The notes beneath the pieces are model-generated. The model was not told where the DNA came from. It was given only the letters and a program-made list of their open reading frames with translations, and ran no database searches. Source: Thainema sp. (lineage in GTDB: Bacteria; Cyanobacteriota; Cyanobacteriia; Phormidesmidales; Phormidesmidaceae). From it: a stretch of 57,957 nt of DNA. The stretch covers positions 1 through 57,957 of the forward strand of contig JBQLZK010000050.1 in the NCBI GenBank assembly GCA_052168235.1, given 5' to 3'. Position numbers and translations under genes: made by a program. Each line of letters opens with the position of its first letter. Positions within the stretch are counted from its first letter, which is position 1. Below, piece by piece: positions 50,314-57,957 of the stretch.

Positions 50314-52548
50314 ATGAAACGACGCCATTTTCTACAGTTTTCAGGGGCAGCATTTGCCTGCTTGGGGTTGAGCCAGCTTCGTTTGGTGCAAACGGGTCAA
50401 CACCTCAATCACGTATTGGCGCAGAGTGCACCACGTAAGCTGGCACTACTGGTTGGTGTTAATGAATATTTGGGAAATGTGCGATCGCTTTATGGCTGCG
50501 TCACCGATGTGGCGCTGCAGCGCGAGCTATTGCTACATCGCTACGGATTTCAGCCGGATGATGTTATGACCCTGACCGATGAGACAGCATTGCAGCCAAC
50601 TCGGGCTAATATTTTGCAGGCATTTGAGGAGCATTTAATTAATCAGGCTCAACCGGGTGATGTGGTGCTATTTCACTATTCCGGTCATGGATCGCTCGTG
50701 CAAGATGCGACAATTCCGGAATTTAATGGGTTAGACGGTACAATTGTGCCTCGCGATGGCCGGATCAATCTGAATGGACGACAGGTACAGGACATTACGG
50801 GCAAAACCCTATTTTTGCTGATGTCAGCCCTGCAAACTGAAAACGTTACGGTGATACTGGATAGCTGTCATTCCGGTGGCGGAACGCGGGGTAACTTGGT
50901 GGTACGGGCGATTTCCCCTAGCTTGAGTAGCGGCGATGCGTTGCCCAGTGACGCAGAGGTTGCTTACCAGCAGCAGTGGATGACTCGCTTAGGGCTGTCG
51001 GAAAGCGAGCTACAGGAGCGTCGCCGCGCCGGTATTGCCAAAGGAATGGCGCTGGGTTCGGCTCAAATTGATCAGTTTGCTGCTGATGCCAGATTCGATG
51101 GATTTAGTGCGGGTGCCTTCACTTACCATCTGACTCAATATCTCTGGCAGCAGCCCACCGTGCGGCCAGCCCAGGTGACGTTTAATCAGCTCGTCTTTGC
51201 TACTCAAAACATGACCAATATCGTCCAAAATCCAGTGCTACAGGTTAAACCTGGTAGCGGATTAGAGAGTAAACCGCTTTATTTACTAGAACCCGTTGCA
51301 CCTGCTGCTGAAGCTGTTGTCCAGCAGCACAGCGGTAATCAAGTTGATTTTTGGCTGGGTGGAATCTCCTCAAGTAGCCTGGTTAACTTCAGACAGGGTG
51401 CGGTTTTTGAGCTGATTAATGCTGCGGGACAGGTAGTTGGTGAAGTGGAACAGGTGGGGCGCTCTGGTTTGGTCGGGCAGGGGCGGATACGGACGACCAG
51501 GGGATCCGCTATACAGCCTGGTATGCTGCTGCGGGAGCACATTCGGGGGTTACCAACTAATTTGTCGCTGCGGGTTGGGCTGCATGAATCGCTGGGAGCT
51601 GACCAAGCTGAAGTGCGATCGCACCTGCAGTCCATCAGCCGCATTCATGTTGTTCCAGTGAATCAGCAAAGCAGTACCGATTATTTACTGGGACGAATGA
51701 CGGAAGCAACTGCTCGGGATGCTCGTCAGGCCAGTACGTCTAGCCCCCCAGCAATCGGCACAATTGGCCTCTTCTCCAGCGGCATGGTGCCCCTACCAGG
51801 AAGTTTTGGACAACCAAACGAAGCCATGAGCGATGCGATCGCGCGCCTCCGGCCTCGGTTCAAAATGCTGCTGGCTGGGCGCATCTTGGCCTCGGTCAAT
51901 AATGGCAGCGCGTCTAATCTCAATGTTGAGGTGACAGTACAACCGCACAGTAGCCGGGGTGGATTGCAGCTGGCTAGCCGGGGTGCCCAAGTAGCCGATA
52001 TTCTGCCGACTAGCGTGACGGAAGATGCCCAACGAGTATTAAATGGATCAACAGTCGAATTACAGATTACTAATCACGAGGCAACGGATCTCTATGTCAG
52101 TGTGCTGCTAATTGCGAAAAATGGTGATATTTTGCTGCTGCACCCATTGAATTGGGATGAAGCGACAACAGCGGCTCAACTTCGAGCAGGGCAACCGATG
52201 GTGATTCCCGATCCAGAGCAGTTTGAATTTGTGGCGCGCAGCCGTGGATTCTATGAGCTGTTAGTATTGGCCAGCACCCAACCCCTACACGATACGCTGC
52301 GGGGACTTCAGCGTATTGCCGGTAATCGAGGATTACGAACGGGGCAGCCTATCTTATTCGATGAGGATGAGCCGGTTGAAATTGTTGACTCAATGTTGAC
52401 CGATGCCAGTCGGGGCATTGGCGTTGTGCCATTTGACAGCTCCACTGCCACTTCGGAAGCTTCAGATTCTGCTTCGTCTGCTGGTACGGTACGGGGTATT
52501 GATTCTAATCAACTCGCTGTCATCTCAGCTACGCTGGAAGTTGTCTAG
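50314..52548 (+). CDS. Caspase-family (peptidase C14, orthocaspase) protein with Tat signal and C-terminal DUF4384-like domain
   Basis: MKRRHFLQ twin-arginine signal; KLALLVGVNEY, LYGCVTDV, catalytic HYSGHGS and LDSCHSG, GAFTYHL. Confidence 0.93.
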   Translation: MKRRHFLQFSGAAFACLGLSQLRLVQTGQHLNHVLAQSAPRKLALLVGVNEYLGNVRSLYGCVTDVALQRELLLHRYGFQPDDVMTLTDETALQPTRANILQAFEEHLINQAQPGDVVLFHYSGHGSLVQDATIPEFNGLDGTIVPRDGRINLNGRQVQDITGKTLFLLMSALQTENVTVILDSCHSGGGTRGNLVVRAISPSLSSGDALPSDAEVAYQQQWMTRLGLSESELQERRRAGIAKGMALGSAQIDQFAADARFDGFSAGAFTYHLTQYLWQQPTVRPAQVTFNQLVFATQNMTNIVQNPVLQVKPGSGLESKPLYLLEPVAPAAEAVVQQHSGNQVDFWLGGISSSSLVNFRQGAVFELINAAGQVVGEVEQVGRSGLVGQGRIRTTRGSAIQPGMLLREHIRGLPTNLSLRVGLHESLGADQAEVRSHLQSISRIHVVPVNQQSSTDYLLGRMTEATARDARQASTSSPPAIGTIGLFSSGMVPLPGSFGQPNEAMSDAIARLRPRFKMLLAGRILASVNNGSASNLNVEVTVQPHSSRGGLQLASRGAQVADILPTSVTEDAQRVLNGSTVELQITNHEATDLYVSVLLIAKNGDILLLHPLNWDEATTAAQLRAGQPMVIPDPEQFEFVARSRGFYELLVLASTQPLHDTLRGLQRIAGNRGLRTGQPILFDEDEPVEIVDSMLTDASRGIGVVPFDSSTATSEASDSASSAGTVRGIDSNQLAVISATLEVV

Positions 52549-52573
52549 TGGTTTGCCTTCTGCAGCATATTCT

Positions 52574-53002
52574 CTACGACATGGTGCGCTTCTGATCGAC
52601 CCACTTGGGTGTGCCCAATGCCGCACAAGTTGCGATCGCAGATGACTGGTATACATCTAAAGCAGATTGCAAGACCAGGCGGTCGGCATCAGACAGGCTA
52701 GCATCCCTGTTGACGATTCCTCGGATCTCCGGTGTGAGTAGGTTCACGACATGATGAGCCGTTAGTGCAACTAAGCTCTGCTCCTGGATTTGCGTAAGAT
52801 AGGTGCGTGCTGATTTGAAGACTGAGAGATTCTCGCTGGTGAATTCGTCCAGGGTTTTATAAAGCCCTTGGGCCGAGTAAAACAGATGGTAGACCGCTTT
52901 ATACGCTGCGCTTTGTTGGCCTGCGTCGCTGACTTTGCCCTGCACAAACTGAAAGAATTGCTGTGTATCAGGCTTCATCACTCTAGGTGAGTAGTATTTC
53001 AT
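52574..53002 (-). CDS. Hypothetical protein
   Basis: Open frame of 142 aa from ATG 53002 preceded by GAGGTTGAG; no recognised motif. Confidence 0.6.
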   Translation of the reverse strand: MKYYSPRVMKPDTQQFFQFVQGKVSDAGQQSAAYKAVYHLFYSAQGLYKTLDEFTSENLSVFKSARTYLTQIQEQSLVALTAHHVVNLLTPEIRGIVNRDASLSDADRLVLQSALDVYQSSAIATCAALGTPKWVDQKRTMS

Positions 53003-53394
53003 CTCAACCTCATGCGGGTATACTGCCTCTGATCTTGCACTAAGTTGATGCGAACCTGCGCCTGCAAAATACAACACAGCCCCTGTAACTTGGCAGATTG
53101 CAGGACTGCTTGAGATTGAAGCCGAATTTAGTCCAAGACTCTGCAGAGGCTTTCTTTTTCAGCGTGGTACCCAGACCTGCTTTTTGGGATATATCCCAAA
53201 AAGCCTCTGATTGAGCCAGTTAGATAAGCGACTTAAAGTCGTTAAAGTTACAGTTAGCTGATACTTTACATTTAGTAAAGAATTTTCAACTTCCCGTGAA
53301 TTCACTATGTGCCCTCTTCCGTATTTTCTCGATGATGAGCCATGATGAAATCGTTCGGTGCTATGCTAACTTTCTATATCTAACCACTTATGAG

Positions 53395-53434
53395 GAAACG
53401 GCCTCCCAGTTCACTTAGAACCAGGGGCCGTTTC
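53395..53434 (-). terminator. Stem-loop downstream of the PEP-CTERM gene
   Basis: GAAACGGCC...GGCCGTTTC arms about 20 nt beyond the stop. Confidence 0.5.
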
Positions 53435-53453
53435 TGTTTAATTCGTTTGTCAT

Positions 53454-53999
53454 TTAGGCGAAGGCTTTTTTCGTGAGTGTGGCCCCAACACCGACTGCGG
53501 CCAGAACACCCACGACAGAGAACGGTTCAGGTACGGATGTGGGGCGAGACGCCCCTGGCTGCAGCGCATTAAAGTCGCTGATGGTATAAAAGACTTCTTC
53601 GTCCGCCAGTTGAGCCGAGGGATTACCTGCAATGGTCAGAGGAAAGCCAAGATCGGGATCAAAAGTTGCTTCCAAGCTAAACCAGTCCTCATCCAGCCCT
53701 GTTTGAAGAATGTCAAAGTAGCCATCAATCGTGTAGACCGTGTCCAGGGTATACGGTTCACCTGAATCGGCAAAAACAACGTCGGTGATCTCACCATCTA
53801 CCACCGATACCCGATGTGGCCCTCGGACGTCTTCTAAACAAAAGCAGCCGTTTTGCACTACAAAACTATACGCTTCGGGCTTGTTTTCTTCCCACAAATT
53901 CCGATTGGCATTTAGTTCAGCCTGCGTCAGCATGGCAGCCGAAGTACTGGTACTAAACCCAACCATTAAAGCCGTTGAAATCATGAAGCTTTTGAACAT
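53454..53999 (-). CDS. PEP-CTERM sorting-domain exported protein (DUF6174-like domain)
   Basis: Signal peptide; YSF...GCFC, TIDGYF, FDPDLGFP and DEE motifs; C-terminal VPEPFSVVGVLAAVGVGATLTKK. Confidence 0.85.
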   Translation of the reverse strand: MFKSFMISTALMVGFSTSTSAAMLTQAELNANRNLWEENKPEAYSFVVQNGCFCLEDVRGPHRVSVVDGEITDVVFADSGEPYTLDTVYTIDGYFDILQTGLDEDWFSLEATFDPDLGFPLTIAGNPSAQLADEEVFYTISDFNALQPGASRPTSVPEPFSVVGVLAAVGVGATLTKKAFA

Positions 54000-54255
54000 T
54001 GGTACACCCGGTCATATTGTTAAATAAATTGATCCAAAATCCGCTTGTAAAACCAGTTTTTATTTTTGTGGAAGCTAGGCTGCACCTGGCGTCCACAAAA
54101 AATTAACTCGGGCTCTTTCTAGTCGGATTCGGTATGAGTCATCACGTGCGATCGCAGTTCTCGCATTAAGGTCGCCACATTCTATCTCGCCCCAAATGCC
54201 AGCAGCACAACCTATCGCAATATTAAGTATCGTCAGATCTCGTACCTAGCGAATC

Positions 54256-54307
54256 AAGAATCCAAAGAGGTAATTTCGCTGCCGTAGCGTAGCGGCAAAA
54301 TACCTCT
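54256..54307. repeat. Partial family B palindromic repeat (copy 3)
   Basis: AAGAGGTAATTTCGCTGCCG...GCGGCAAAATACCTCT resembles the core at 33181-33224. Confidence 0.5.
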
Positions 54308-54460
54308 ACATATTTTGGGGACAATATGCGATCGCACTGCTCAAACTGCGATTTGTACTACAATTCCTCGATTGTCACCAGTCCACCTTCTGTAAACTGG
54401 ACTTTATCGGAAATAGGAGAGAAATCACTGCAAGTCAGCTTCTCCCGTGGCCGTTAGGGC

Positions 54461-54691
54461 TTAAGCAGCTGGGTTCAGAGAACGTCGTTGCTCTGCCCGA
54501 TGGGTCAAGCGGAAATTGTGGAAGCCGCCTGCGGCTTCCATCACGTCATCCACATAATGGTCAACCCAATTGCGGAACGGTTGCCCCAAGATTCGACATC
54601 GCTTGATGCCGCTAATGTGGTGTTCCACTTCGACGCGAACACTAGAAATACTGCGGTTGTGCCTCTTCTCAATCGCGGTGAGAGAGCCCAA
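54461..54691 (-). pseudogene. Transposase C-terminal remnant (DDE_Tnp_4 / IS5-like)
   Basis: LTAIEKRHNRSISSVRVEVEHHISGIKRCRIL...FRN...HNFR is the C-terminal DDE helix motif; the N-terminal part is absent. Confidence 0.8.
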
Positions 54692-54865
54692 ATTATGAAT
54701 TCATCATTTAGGGGATATCCAATCTTCTCTATTACTTCTTTGGGCACATGGCAAGACCCTTAAACAATTCTTAGCATGTTGTCAATTGGTAGCGATACTG
54801 TGTAACACCAGGATGCACTTTGAGCTTGATTGATTTGATGTTTACTTTGTCTTCGAGGTACTACC

Positions 54866-55084
54866 ATGACTTCTCGACGCCCCGCTGAATATTTCTCTCT
54901 GCTTGGACGACTGAAGAACGGAGTTTGGTTCTTTGGCATTTCATCTTGGCTATTTGGCATCACCGATCGCAGTATTGCCGCACTGTCAGATGGATTTCTG
55001 TCTGCCCTAGACCTCATGCAGTTGTTTACAGCCTCATTTTTCTTTGCTGGTTGGTTGCTGCTCAAGCCTAGAAAGCAAGTCTGA
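54866..55084 (+). CDS. Small cyanobacterial membrane protein
   Basis: GAGG RBS; two hydrophobic segments KNGVWFFGISSWLFGITDR and LFTASFFFAGWLLLKP. Confidence 0.7.
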   Translation: MTSRRPAEYFSLLGRLKNGVWFFGISSWLFGITDRSIAALSDGFLSALDLMQLFTASFFFAGWLLLKPRKQV

Positions 55085-55110
55085 TGCTGCCCTGAGAAAA
55101 ATGCAGACAG

Positions 55111-55550
55111 CTATGACCAGTAGGTGTAAATCCAAACGTGACCCGTTTCTGATTGAATGTTTACCTCACACCAAGCCGCTTCATTTGGCACAACGACGTA
55201 CCGTGTGGTTGTGCCGATTACTCAGTAGCTGTCTGTAGACCGGGGCTGGCAGCAATCCACTGCTTAAGCAAAGCAGTATCCACCGTAAATTGATACATGA
55301 ATGAGCGAGTAAAAGCGCTCCCTTCCACATCAAGACTGGCTTGAGCGAAATGTTCTGGAAATGGAGCCAACCGACACCACGATTGAATGATCGTCGAGAC
55401 TGGCACTTGAGGTTGCGATCGCAGTTGAATCACAACCCTAATCATCCCTAACAGCCCGCTTAATCCTAGGAAAATAATTGATCCAACCAGCAGCCGAAGC
55501 CGAAATTTGCGAGAAAAAGTGCGATCGCGCATGGCTCTTCCAAAATTCAT
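55111..55550 (-). pseudogene. Membrane-anchored hypothetical protein, apparently frameshifted near 55221
   Basis: ORF stops at ...SPGLQTATE*, but the shifted frame continues VIGTTTRYVVVPNEAAWCEVNIQSETGHVWIYTYWS* to 55111. Confidence 0.5.
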
Positions 55551-55569
55551 TTGAATCGCTAAAACAGTA

Positions 55570-55578
55570 TGCTATACT
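55570..55578 (+). promoter_or_regulatory. Extended -10 promoter of tRNA-Pro
   Basis: TGcTATACT, 17 nt upstream of the tRNA 5' end. Confidence 0.55.
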
Positions 55579-55595
55579 CGTTAAGCGTTTGACAC

Positions 55596-55669
55596 CGGGG
55601 CGTAGCGCAGCTTGGTAGCGCACCACTTTGGGGTAGTGGGGGTCGTGGGTTCAAATCCCGCCGCTCCGA
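55596..55669 (+). tRNA. trnP: tRNA-Pro (GGG)
   Basis: CGGGGCG/CGCTCCG acceptor stem, AGCGCAGCTTGGTAGCGC D-arm, CCACT-TTGGGGT-AGTGG anticodon arm, GGTTCAAATCC T-loop; CCA not encoded. Confidence 0.97.
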
Positions 55670-55675
55670 TAGAGG

Positions 55676-55710
55676 CAAAGCCCGCTCAATGAGCGGGCTT
55701 TGTGCTTTTT
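55676..55710 (+). terminator. tRNA terminator
   Basis: CAAAGCCCGCTCA/TGAGCGGGCTTTG stem followed by a T-rich tract. Confidence 0.8.
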
Positions 55711-56011
55711 AAAACACCATCTTGAGAAGCTGCCAGACCGGGGTGCAACCCATGCGAGTTGGGTTCGTTTTAGGCACTCTAGCGAGTATTTGGGTACGAA
55801 TTGGGTCTAAGGACAGGACAAAAAATAGAGAGTGTTGAAAGATAATCAGAGCAAAATCGGTTGGATTGAGACCTAAATAGAGAACATCAACTTGCGGGGT
55901 TGAAACAGGCGTGGAGGAGAATGCGATCGCAGCAAAGAAATCCTGTGGGCATTGTTAAGATACACATAATCCAGACTAGCCGTCATTTAAAACACTATCG
56001 AAGAGGTCGAA

Positions 56012-57238
56012 TTGCAGCTCCAACCGCGTACCACCCCTGTTCTTGACCAAATTAAACAGATTGCTCATGCGATCGCACCGCGTCTGATTGAGATTCGTCG
56101 TCATATTCATGCTCACCCTGAGCTGAGCGGTCAAGAGTATCAAACCGCTGCCTATGTGGCAGGTGTCTTGTCTTCTTGTGGTTTGCATACCCAAGAGCTG
56201 GTCGGGAAGACGGGCGTAGTGGCGGAACTACCGGGACAAGATCCCTCGCTGCCGCTGCTAGCGGTGCGGACGGATATGGATGCGCTGCCGATTCGGGAAT
56301 TGACTGAAATAGAATTCGTTTCGCGGCAGACGGGAATTATGCACGCCTGCGGTCATGATGTCCACACGACGGTGGGTCTGGGAACGGCAATGATTTTGTC
56401 GCAGATCATTGAAACGGAGTTACTGCCGGGAACGGTGCGCTTCCTCTTTCAACCTGCCGAGGAGACGGCGCAGGGTGCCCGCTGGATGATTGCAGATGGC
56501 GTGATGCAGGATGTAGCAGCTATCTATAGCGTGCATGTGTTTCCGTCACTGATGGCCCAAACCATCGGGATTCGCTACGGCGCATTGACGGCGGCGGCGG
56601 ATGATTTGGAGATTACGATTCACGGTGAATCGGGACATGGGGCGCGGCCTCATGAGGCGAAGGATGCCATTTGGGTAGCCTCACAGGTGATCACGTCGCT
56701 ACAGCAGGCAATTAGTCGCACCCACAATCCGCTGCGGCCCGTGGTGCTGACGATTGGCCAGATTACGGGTGGACGTGCACCAAACGTGATTGCGGATGAG
56801 GTGCGGATGTTGGGTACAGTGCGATCGCTCCATCCGGAAACCCACGAAACGCTACCGGACTGGATTGAAAATATCGTCGCCCATGTCTGCCAAACCTATG
56901 GTGTGACCTATGAAATGAACTATCGACGCGGTGTGCCGTCGGTGATGAATGATCCAACACTGACCCAAATTCTGGAAGCGTCGGCGGAAGCGGCGTTTGG
57001 CAAAAGCCATATTACGTTGATTAATGAGCCTTCGCTGGGTGCGGAGGATTTTGCGCTGTATCTGGAACATGCACCGGGCAGTATGTTCCGCTTGGGCGTA
57101 GGCTGGCCAGATCGACCAAACTATCCGCTGCATCATCCGCAGTTTGAGGTGAATGAAACGGCAATTGAAACTGGCGTGGTGACGATGGCCTATGCGGTTT
57201 ATCAATACTGGCAGCAAGTTCTACGGGATTTAGGTTAG
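56012..57238 (+). CDS. M20-family amidohydrolase (N-acyl-L-amino acid amidohydrolase)
   Basis: RRHIHAHPELS, RTDMDALPI, MHACGHDVH, FQPAEE, GHGARPH, GAEDFA and LHHP. Confidence 0.95.
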   Translation: MQLQPRTTPVLDQIKQIAHAIAPRLIEIRRHIHAHPELSGQEYQTAAYVAGVLSSCGLHTQELVGKTGVVAELPGQDPSLPLLAVRTDMDALPIRELTEIEFVSRQTGIMHACGHDVHTTVGLGTAMILSQIIETELLPGTVRFLFQPAEETAQGARWMIADGVMQDVAAIYSVHVFPSLMAQTIGIRYGALTAAADDLEITIHGESGHGARPHEAKDAIWVASQVITSLQQAISRTHNPLRPVVLTIGQITGGRAPNVIADEVRMLGTVRSLHPETHETLPDWIENIVAHVCQTYGVTYEMNYRRGVPSVMNDPTLTQILEASAEAAFGKSHITLINEPSLGAEDFALYLEHAPGSMFRLGVGWPDRPNYPLHHPQFEVNETAIETGVVTMAYAVYQYWQQVLRDLG

Positions 57239-57285
57239 AGGTTATAACAGGCTTAGAGGTTGCTGACTTCAAAAAGGAGTCTAAA

Positions 57286-57921
57286 GTGGCAAATCCAGAG
57301 CATTTGGCAAAGTTGAAGGAAGGCGTCGAAAGTTGGAATGCATGGAGAGAAGATAACCAGGATATCCAACCTGATCTCAAAAACGCAAACCTCCATAAAG
57401 TCAATCTTGAAGAAGCCAACCTTTGTAAAGTTAATCTTTGTGGCACCAAACTGAATGACTCTAATCTCATCGGAGCCAATCTTGCGGAAGCTAATTTGAG
57501 GTTGAGTAACTTTCGCAGAGCGAGTCTTGAAGAAGCCAACATTGGTGGGAGTGATCTTCAGGCAGCCGATTTTAGAGAAGCTAGACTCTGTAGGGCTAAT
57601 CTACGTGGAAGTGACTGCCGTGGAACCGACTTCAGCATGGCTGACCTTAGCAGGGCAGACTTTAGCAAAGTTGATCTTACGCTAGCTAATGTCAGAGAAG
57701 CTAACTTTAGTGGAGCTATCCTTAGGAGAACAAACCTTAGTAACAAGGTATTCCAAAATGGAACTAACTTCATTAGAGCAAACTTAGTTGAAGCTGATCT
57801 TAGTAACGCCTACTTTATTAATGTTAACTTGACTGAGGCCAACCTCAGTAGAGCTGAACTTATAAGAGCTTATTTTGATGGAGCTAATCTAAGTGGAAGC
57901 AATCGGTTCTTCCGGGTTTAA
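57286..57921 (+). CDS. Pentapeptide repeat protein, probably truncated by an insertion at 57905
   Basis: AAGGAG RBS, GTG start, MANPEHLAKL...WNAWR cap; repeats stop abruptly at ANLSGSN/RFFRV. Confidence 0.85.
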   Translation: MANPEHLAKLKEGVESWNAWREDNQDIQPDLKNANLHKVNLEEANLCKVNLCGTKLNDSNLIGANLAEANLRLSNFRRASLEEANIGGSDLQAADFREARLCRANLRGSDCRGTDFSMADLSRADFSKVDLTLANVREANFSGAILRRTNLSNKVFQNGTNFIRANLVEADLSNAYFINVNLTEANLSRAELIRAYFDGANLSGSNRFFRV

Positions 57922-57957
57922 GGTGAATTTCGTATACTAGGCGACAACCAGTAGACT
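57905..57957. mobile_element. Possible terminal inverted repeat of an ISL3-family insertion sequence
   Basis: Sequence switches to GGTTCTTCCGG... inside the expected Leu codon; ISL3 ends typically begin GG(C/T)TCT. Confidence 0.45.

Noticed and set aside
47316..52548. Type III-E CRISPR Craspase or another CRISPR-linked protease locus
   Set aside because: No cas genes or repeat-spacer array in the window, and both proteases carry export signals
54063..54102. Hairpin upstream of the PEP-CTERM gene as a riboswitch or terminator
   Set aside because: No U-tract follows it on either strand and it does not match c-di-GMP or c-di-AMP aptamer consensus
54541..54747. 68-aa ORF starting MPKEVIEKIGYP
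   Set aside because: Runs out of frame across the transposase remnant; at most a fragment of a disrupted gene

Overview
A roughly 58-kb chromosomal segment of a cyanobacterium. The HIP1 octamer GCGATCGC is very frequent, often as TGCGATCGCA, and the gene content is consistent with a filamentous Leptolyngbya/Oculatellales-like strain (inference). Core genes include bcp/prxQ, metH, rpmF (missed by the ORF track), cutA, mmsA, an Anbu protease, recQ, the slr0373-ycf46-ycf35 type operon, a Crp regulator, tRNA-Pro(GGG) and an M20 amidohydrolase. Two loci stand out. (1) An expanded kdp K+-uptake locus (20241-30192): a divergent membrane histidine kinase plus NarL-type regulator, a stand-alone RCK_C/TrkA-C-like protein ahead of kdpA, a tandemly duplicated atypical-receiver-TPR / TPR-only pair between kdpB and kdpF/G, an unannotated 52-aa basic ORF before kdpC, and a kinase-less KdpD. 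(2) A tightly spaced four-gene operon (42379-52548): TpsA filamentous haemagglutinin, TpsB transporter, a signal-peptide TPR-CHAT protease and a Tat-signal orthocaspase, both proteases with intact His/Cys dyads. This is a candidate extracytoplasmic caspase-clan cascade linked to a surface filament. Intergenic DNA holds several dispersed palindromic REP/MITE-like families, a structured metH leader, an IS remnant and a frameshifted gene. A probable ISL3-type end truncates the last gene. No CRISPR array or rRNA was seen. All calls are from reading the sequence; no searches were run.
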